A stretch of 64,000 bases of DNA. Source: Azolla caroliniana (lineage: Eukaryota; Plantae; Polypodiophyta). The notes beneath the pieces are model-generated. The model saw only the letters and a program-made list of their open reading frames with translations, had not been told where the DNA came from and searched no databases. A program made the translations under genes and the position numbers. Of this stretch, positions 61,194 to 64,000 are shown one piece after another; position 1 is the stretch's first letter, and each line of letters starts with the position of its first letter. The stretch covers positions 4,712,001 through 4,776,000 of the forward strand of contig JBHGNT010000010.1 of NCBI GenBank assembly GCA_043228905.1. Direction: 5' to 3'.

Positions 61194-63380
61194 TGTTACC
61201 ATACGGGATGTACGGGACATGTAGAGTGTGATGAGCAAGGGTCGAATCCTATAATGTTGTTAATGTATGTGTGTAGATGTGCACGAGTGAAATTGAGAGT
61301 GTGAGTAGATACGTATGTGAACACATGCACACACGTGTGCATGTGGATAAATATGAGGAGGAGTGAGTGAGTGACTAGTGTGAATGGCCAAGGGGTCTTA
61401 CACCTTTATGTATCTACCCCTCTTGTAACTATTTAAACCCCTCTGGGGGAATGAATGAAGGACACAAGGAACACATTTCTCTCTCAATCTCTCAATCTCT
61501 CTCTCTCCCTCTCTCTCTCTTCCTTCTCCTTTACGTCAAACCCCTTGGGAGGGGGCTGGAGCCATTCTAGGCACCACCCCCCACCCCTCAATGCTTGTCA
61601 ACATCTTCATGATCTCTCTCACCATCATACCATTGATCATCTTCATTATTACACCATGTCTATCTTCATCATCAATCATCATCATTATCATTATTATTAA
61701 CCCTAACCCTAAAACTTATAACACTATTTTGGCGACCACTAAGGTGACCCCCCTTTGGAGACGAAGTCGAAGACTTATACGCGACAGAGACATGGCAACG
61801 ATGAAATGTGCGATAATGGTGATGATGTGCGAGAAATCAAATGGACGATGTGTGGGAAATGGTGATGGTGATTGGAAGTCGTCGAGGAATGCTAGCACGG
61901 TGATGTTGTGCGAGAGGAAGTCACAAAATGATACGCGATGGAAGTATGTGCAAGAGAACCCCAAATGGAACCAACGAGAGTGTGAGAATGACAATGACGT
62001 ATGTGCGAGTGTGCGGTTAACAACAACATGCGTGTGTAGGAAAGCGTGGTGCGAGAGACAACAAAAAAGACAAAGATGAACAATGACACGACCGGACAGA
62101 TAGCGACGGAGAAGGAACCGGCATAGAAACTTGGTATACAAGTAACATAGAGGGAACCGGTGCCAACACGACCAGAAAGAGAAGGCCACCAGGAGACTAC
62201 GGAGGAAGACGTAGTGTGTGGAGAGAATGCCAGTAGGAAATGCTTAGAATGCATAGGAGATGGTTCCAAAAGAAGCAACGCGGAGATAGCCGAGACCGGA
62301 ATTTGGAAAAGAAAGCCAAGGGGAAGAAATACATACGACCCGGAGACAGGAACCAGTGGAGTCCGCTCTGGAAAAAACGACCAAACCAATTAAAATCAAG
62401 CTGCACCGACAAGACAGGGACATAGACGACCTAGTTAGGGTGAACACAGGAACCACGAACGAAGAGGTGGAAGAAGAACCAGCCGAAACCCTCCAACATC
62501 AGCCAAGGAAGCACGACACAGAGTAGCAGGGGAAAGAATCGGGTCCGACACAGGACAATACCCTGAAGACCTGTTCAGTAGTGGTAGAATCCAGGACAAA
62601 GGAAGAGCCGGGAATAAGACCAGAAGCGATGACAGAGGTTCCTTAGGAACCGGTTACACAAAGTCGGACCTCACTGGGTCTTCAAGAGCAGCATCACGAG
62701 GAACACTGTCCGGAGCGGACACTAGAACCACCGACCCAATGGCTCAGGGAGGAGCATGAACCAAGACCGGAGCTAGTGTAGCAGTTTGCTGCGCTAACAC
62801 AACACGGAACATGCCGCCAATGGTTAAAATGGCTTGGAGAGCAAGTAGCCGGGGTGGCCGATCGAATGGAGGATGAATAACGGTAGGCCATAAGTCAGGA
62901 GAAACGGTTGCTAGCCACAACCGAAGAATTAGAGAAGGCCCGAGCATAGATCCAGAGCCTAGAAGAAGAGTTAAAAAGGGCCAAGGAATACGCGATCGTC
63001 ATGGCCAACATGAGCCAAACTACAAGTGCAGTAATGGAACCGGTGCAACCGGCTAATCTACAGAAGGAAACTCCGAAAACAGAGGCACAGCCGGTGGGGA
63101 GTATAGCCCCGGAGAAAGATGCAAAGCAAGAAAAGGAAATGTTAAACTTAAGGGAAGCGCTCCCAACTCAAGAAGCATTGTAGGAAAGAGAGAGAGCACA
63201 AAAGTAGACAACCGAAGAGGAGAAGCGGAGACTAGAGGAAAATCTCCGGAAAAGTCACGCAAATAACAACAGGCTGAAGGAGGAAAGAGAAAAATTGTTG
63301 CAGGAAAAGGTTAAGCTCCAAAGAATGGCGGAAACGGTGTCGTAGTGTAATTCGCACACTACGTGAAAAATTACATTTTT
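61194..63380 (+). mobile_element. 5' part of another LTR retrotransposon (LTR, tRNA-Arg-like PBS, decayed E/K-rich ORF)
   Basis: Putative LTR 61194-61723 (TGTTA...TAACA), PBS TGGCGACCAC at ~61730, coiled-coil-like stop-interrupted frame ~62770-63340. No second LTR or pol in the window. Confidence 0.6.
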
Positions 63381-64000
63381 GGTTTCTCCGGATAGGATAT
63401 GGAGTACCTAGTGAGAACCGGAAGGAAGAATCGATGAGGACTGAAACCGGTAAGGAGACCGGCAAGAGCCGGATGAAGAAGGCCGGTGAGAGTCAGTGAG
63501 AAACGGATGAAGAGGACCGGTAAGAAGAATCCGGTAAGAACCGGATAAAGAAAACCGGCGAGAACCGGATGAAGCAGAACCGGCAAGAGCCAGATGAAGA
63601 AGGCCGGTGAGAGTCTCTCACCAGATGAAGAGACATATTTGTAAATAGAAGAAAGTATAAATTATATATTACATGCATAGGGCAAGAATCGAACCTTGCA
63701 CCTCCATGTTAATAATGTTAAGCCTTATCATTATACTAGCGTATTATGAATTTTAAAGTTATACTAAACTTTATCCCATGTAAAATTTCTAGACATGCAT
63801 GGTACAAAAAGTTATTCATGCATAGACACTCGAGTTAAAAGAAAAGATGAGATAGAAAGCTAATCATGCACATGCAGTGTGCATGAAAACTAAAGATAGG
63901 AAAAGCATGATGCTTGCATGTGATAAACTTAGACTCTTCCAACACTATATAAGGAAGAGAGAAAGATGTATAGAGGTTGTTGATTATTTTACAAGGATTT
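63380..64000 (+). mobile_element. Probable Copia-type LTR with GAACCGG/CCGGATGA repeats, boundary unresolved
   Basis: ctcaccagatgaagagacatatttgtaaat resembles the reverse complement of the E LTR. Repeated accgg units. Confidence 0.45.

Overview
Eukaryotic land-plant genomic DNA, probably a non-seed plant such as a fern (inferred from Tcn1-like chromoviruses and TE-filled introns). 1-20 kb holds two convergent, intact, spliced housekeeping genes: the 3' part of a Ubc6-type tail-anchored E2 (UBC33/34-like, + strand, one GC-AG intron) and a 12-exon PP2A B'' regulatory subunit (- strand) whose 9.2-kb intron is filled with LINE and Copia debris. 26.3-57.9 kb is a nest of LTR retrotransposons four levels deep (chromoviral Gypsy A > chromoviral Gypsy B > non-chromoviral Gypsy C > intact, very young chromoviral Gypsy D), with a Tto1-like Copia, a 1.1-kb TRIM and a solo LTR also inserted in A. 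Most insertions were resolved by their target-site duplications (TSDs). The most striking item lies at 57.9-59.6 kb (- strand): a decayed, intron-containing gene for a bacterial-type beta-class N6-adenine/N4-cytosine DNA methyltransferase. Other notable signals are tRNA-independent self-priming sites in the chromoviruses, -1 frameshift cassettes, antisense tRNA-like A/B-box modules with conserved spacing in several LTRs, and two elements with 4-bp TSDs. All calls were made by eye without database searches; coordinates may be off by a few bases.
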